Shown piece by piece: positions 50,083 through 64,000 of a DNA stretch of 64,000 nt (the stretch's first letter is position 1; the number at the start of each line of letters is the position of its first letter). Where the stretch lies: the NCBI GenBank assembly GCA_000708835.1, contig DF237410.1, positions 11,980-75,979 of the forward strand. The letters run 5' to 3'. Both the position numbers and the translations under genes were made by a program. The DNA comes from Klebsormidium nitens. Lineage: Eukaryota > Plantae > Klebsormidiophyceae. A model generated the notes under the pieces. It saw only the letters and a list, made by a program, of their open reading frames with translations. It was not told the DNA's origin and did not search any database.

Positions 50083-52082
50083 GTTGCCAGCAAGAGGCAC
50101 GTTGATCGAATTACTGGGAGACTTTTCTGACGGCTGCCCAATAGACTAGTAAGGTGAAGGTGCTTACCAACCAAAGCGGCCAAAAATCTGCTCAGCTAGT
50201 GGGATCTGCTTCTCTGCTTCTCAGCTTGCGGAAACACTGATATACACCAGCTGCAAATCAACGTTGACAAGATGACTAAGCTGACTGTAGCAATTACAAG
50301 TGAAACTCGATTGTAGACAAAACTTTTATCTACCAAAGGAGAGAGTCGGCCTTGCCGGGGTAACTTCTCGATCGTCCCCTCATCGTCAGACTGGTCACTC
50401 AGTGGTGCAACACAAGGGCCCTGGCCCCCGAGTACTTATTGCTTGCCAATACGGCCCCACACTTGCTCAGTTACTTCAAATAGATCCGTCAGCGGGCTGC
50501 CAAGAAGTTTTCGGGCAATCGTATAAATGATACAAATCCTGTTTTTCAGCCTTTCCGAAGCAGTTTTGACAAGGGGAAATCGGAATAAAGTTGCTAAAAA
50601 TGATATCTGACATTTTTGCAAAGCTCTTTTCTTTGTCGACTTGCTTCGAAGGAACACTACTAGATAATGCTGATGGTTGATCTTGACAAAGTTTAATACG
50701 GTAAGCGAATGCAGCCTGGCAGTCTTCTCGGCCAGTGTACGGTAGAGGTCGGGTCGAAAATTGCTGGCAGTACTAGGTGCCGGCCGAATGGCGCCACGCC
50801 GTGCCGGCCAGAAGCTCGAGACCGTCGATTTGGTCGTCAATGACGGGTAACCATCGATCTTCGGGAGCGGCAATCTTCTTCTAGCAGAATGCATTAGCTC
50901 ATGGTGTCGCATTCTTTCCTTGAAGCCTTGCATTGGCTCCATTTAATGAGAGCACCCTCGCAGCGACAGTGGCCGGAATTCTTTTGCGTGGAGGTACCTT
51001 CTTCCCACAGAAAAAGGCGGGCCCAAGAATGAAGCTGATTATAAGGAACCCTCCTAGTCGAAGGGTTTGCAGAACGGCCTCTACACAGTCCCATGTACAT
51101 GCTAGCTTAGACATAGGATCTTGGTAGACTAGACTAATCCGAGTGACAATATTCCATATACCATGCACGGAACCTGGCAATTTCGTCTCGTAGATTTAGA
51201 TTCATATCGAGCTCGTTAAGCGCGCACTTTGCGTGCATGGGCTAGGAGTAGGATCATTTGAGAATCCTAACTACCAAGTAAACAACCCATGCACCCGTAT
51301 TGATTGAGCGATCGGTTGTTACGTGCACAATTCTCATCTTCTACTCGAATTAGAGGAAAATTAACATGGAGATTTGTTTGCATGGGGTGATCTTTTCAAC
51401 AAGCTAGATATTGTTCTAAGCTGCATGTAAAGCAAAGGCCGTTTGGGTCAAGGGAGCAATCGTTTAACCAACCAAACAATTACGAATAGAATTTCCTCTA
51501 ACTTTAGATTGACGGCCGGAGGGCCACCCAGTTCCTTCAACTGGTGCCAGCCCAACGAGCCACCCGACCATGACCGTTGGTGCCCAACTCGACGCCTCAT
51601 AATTAACCAGGACTTTCGACCAAGCTCGCTTAATTAGGTGCTTAAAGATCAGAGCACATGTATATGCATTTTATAGTTCGTAGTACGTTGAACTCCGCTC
51701 ATTCGGGATCCCGAGCTGAGATTTGGTCGGATGCGGCGCAGTAAAACGGCCCGGTTATTGTAGGCTTTTATCGCAGCCTTCTTGGGGCCCCGCTTGCCAG
51801 GGGGTGCATTCCCATTCCGCTACGGCACACTACAATACGTAGTAGGAGTGGCTTTTGGCATGCCATCTTCTTGCTGTGTGCTTTGTGTTTGCGCGCGGGC
51901 TGTCAGTCGAAAACAAGATCTCGAAATTTTGGAAGGAACCAATACAAGAAATGGTCCAGAAGCTTGCTGTAATATACAATGACCGACACAGACTGGACAG
52001 CGCGTGACCCTTTCAACGTGTTTATTCTACTTTCGACTGGTCATCTCAACTTCCGGCCCCCGATCTGTGAGCGCCTTCCCGC

Positions 52083-63097
<11,015 letters not shown>

Positions 63098-64000
63098 GGT
63101 CGCAACCAGTGCTCAAATAACTTGATGTGCACCAAACTAACTGTCTCCAAGAGCGCCCTGCAAAATTCCAATAATTGCACTGGAAGGCCTCCAACCAATC
63201 CCCTTTTCCAAAGACCTGCCGTACAAACAAGCGAATGGTCTCCTGAACAGGCGCCTCCAAAGTCCACCTTCTTAGAAGTTCTTTGCCAAATTCGTCTACG
63301 CAAATGACTATTGAGACTGCAAGCACTGGAATTTTTACAGCTAGCGCATGAACTAGCATGGGATTCTTGGTTGGAACCGGTCCCCTGTTCCGGTCGTTCA
63401 GAATAATGACCGGTTCACCGACTGATGAAATCTCCCGGGAAGCATGCATACGCAGAGGGCGCAAACGCCCAGGTAAAATTTGTAGCACAAGCAACTCAAA
63501 TTTTATTTTACCCGTGAAAACGGCCCACGATAAGGTTAGGTATCGACCGAGTTCGAACCACTGGTTTCACAGTGGGTTTACCACTCAAATTGACGTTTTC
63601 GAAGAGTCCTGCCGGCGGCAAACCTGCTTAACCTTGAATTCTGCCTCAAAAACGATGTTGGGGTTCACATATGGGTTAGTTGCAAGGATTCTATCCGCGT
63701 GGAATTTCTAAAATCGGTTAAAAACTCAAAAAAATGAGGGCCCAATTGCTCATTTTGCCCCTAAAAAAGGCCATGACATGTCAAGACGTCAACAAGATGT
63801 AAAGTGGTTTTTCCAAATTTTTGCTTGAGGGCCTTGACGACCTTTTCGTGGGGAACCCACAGCTTCAAACACAGCTTCATTTGGTAAAGTTTACCACTTT
63901 ACAGCTTAAAACGTCCCCGTAGGTAGCTTCAGAACAGCTCGAGACGGCTTAGGCTGGGGGCCTCGCGATCAAGTCCCGCTCGAAATCCGGGCGATTGAAA

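Noticed and set aside
63358-63711. 117-aa ORF and a 9-bp inverted repeat upstream of PRP8
   Set aside because: No coding-like codon bias or motif; this looks like promoter or intergenic sequence.

Overview
Gene-dense, intron-rich eukaryotic nuclear DNA from a green plant lineage. It is most consistent with a streptophyte alga such as Klebsormidium; this is inference from GC3-rich exons, many short introns, plant-type ADC/SOUL/HEME1 homologues and a telo-box. I reconstruct 13 spliced genes: a full-size ABCB/MDR transporter (runs off the left edge), plastid uroporphyrinogen decarboxylase, RPL13, RPS16, an MBL-fold hydrolase, a DnaJ-like zinc-finger/Trp-rich (DUF2389-like) chimera, a twin-CX9C Mic19-like protein, a SOUL haem-binding protein, a UPF0739/C1orf74-like protein, arginine decarboxylase, a PhyH-type dioxygenase, a CobW/COG0523 GTPase and PRP8. 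There is a 777-nt assembly gap. No tRNA, rRNA, CRISPR array, intact transposase or intein was seen. The strongest leads are the zinc-finger/DUF2389 chimera, a Helitron-like 3' end just upstream of UROD, repeated head-to-head gene pairs (RPL13/RPS16, ADC/PhyH) and a fold-back in an RPL13 intron. Family assignments come from motif recognition, not database searches. Most ORFs in the supplied track are antisense or off-frame shadows of GC-rich exons.
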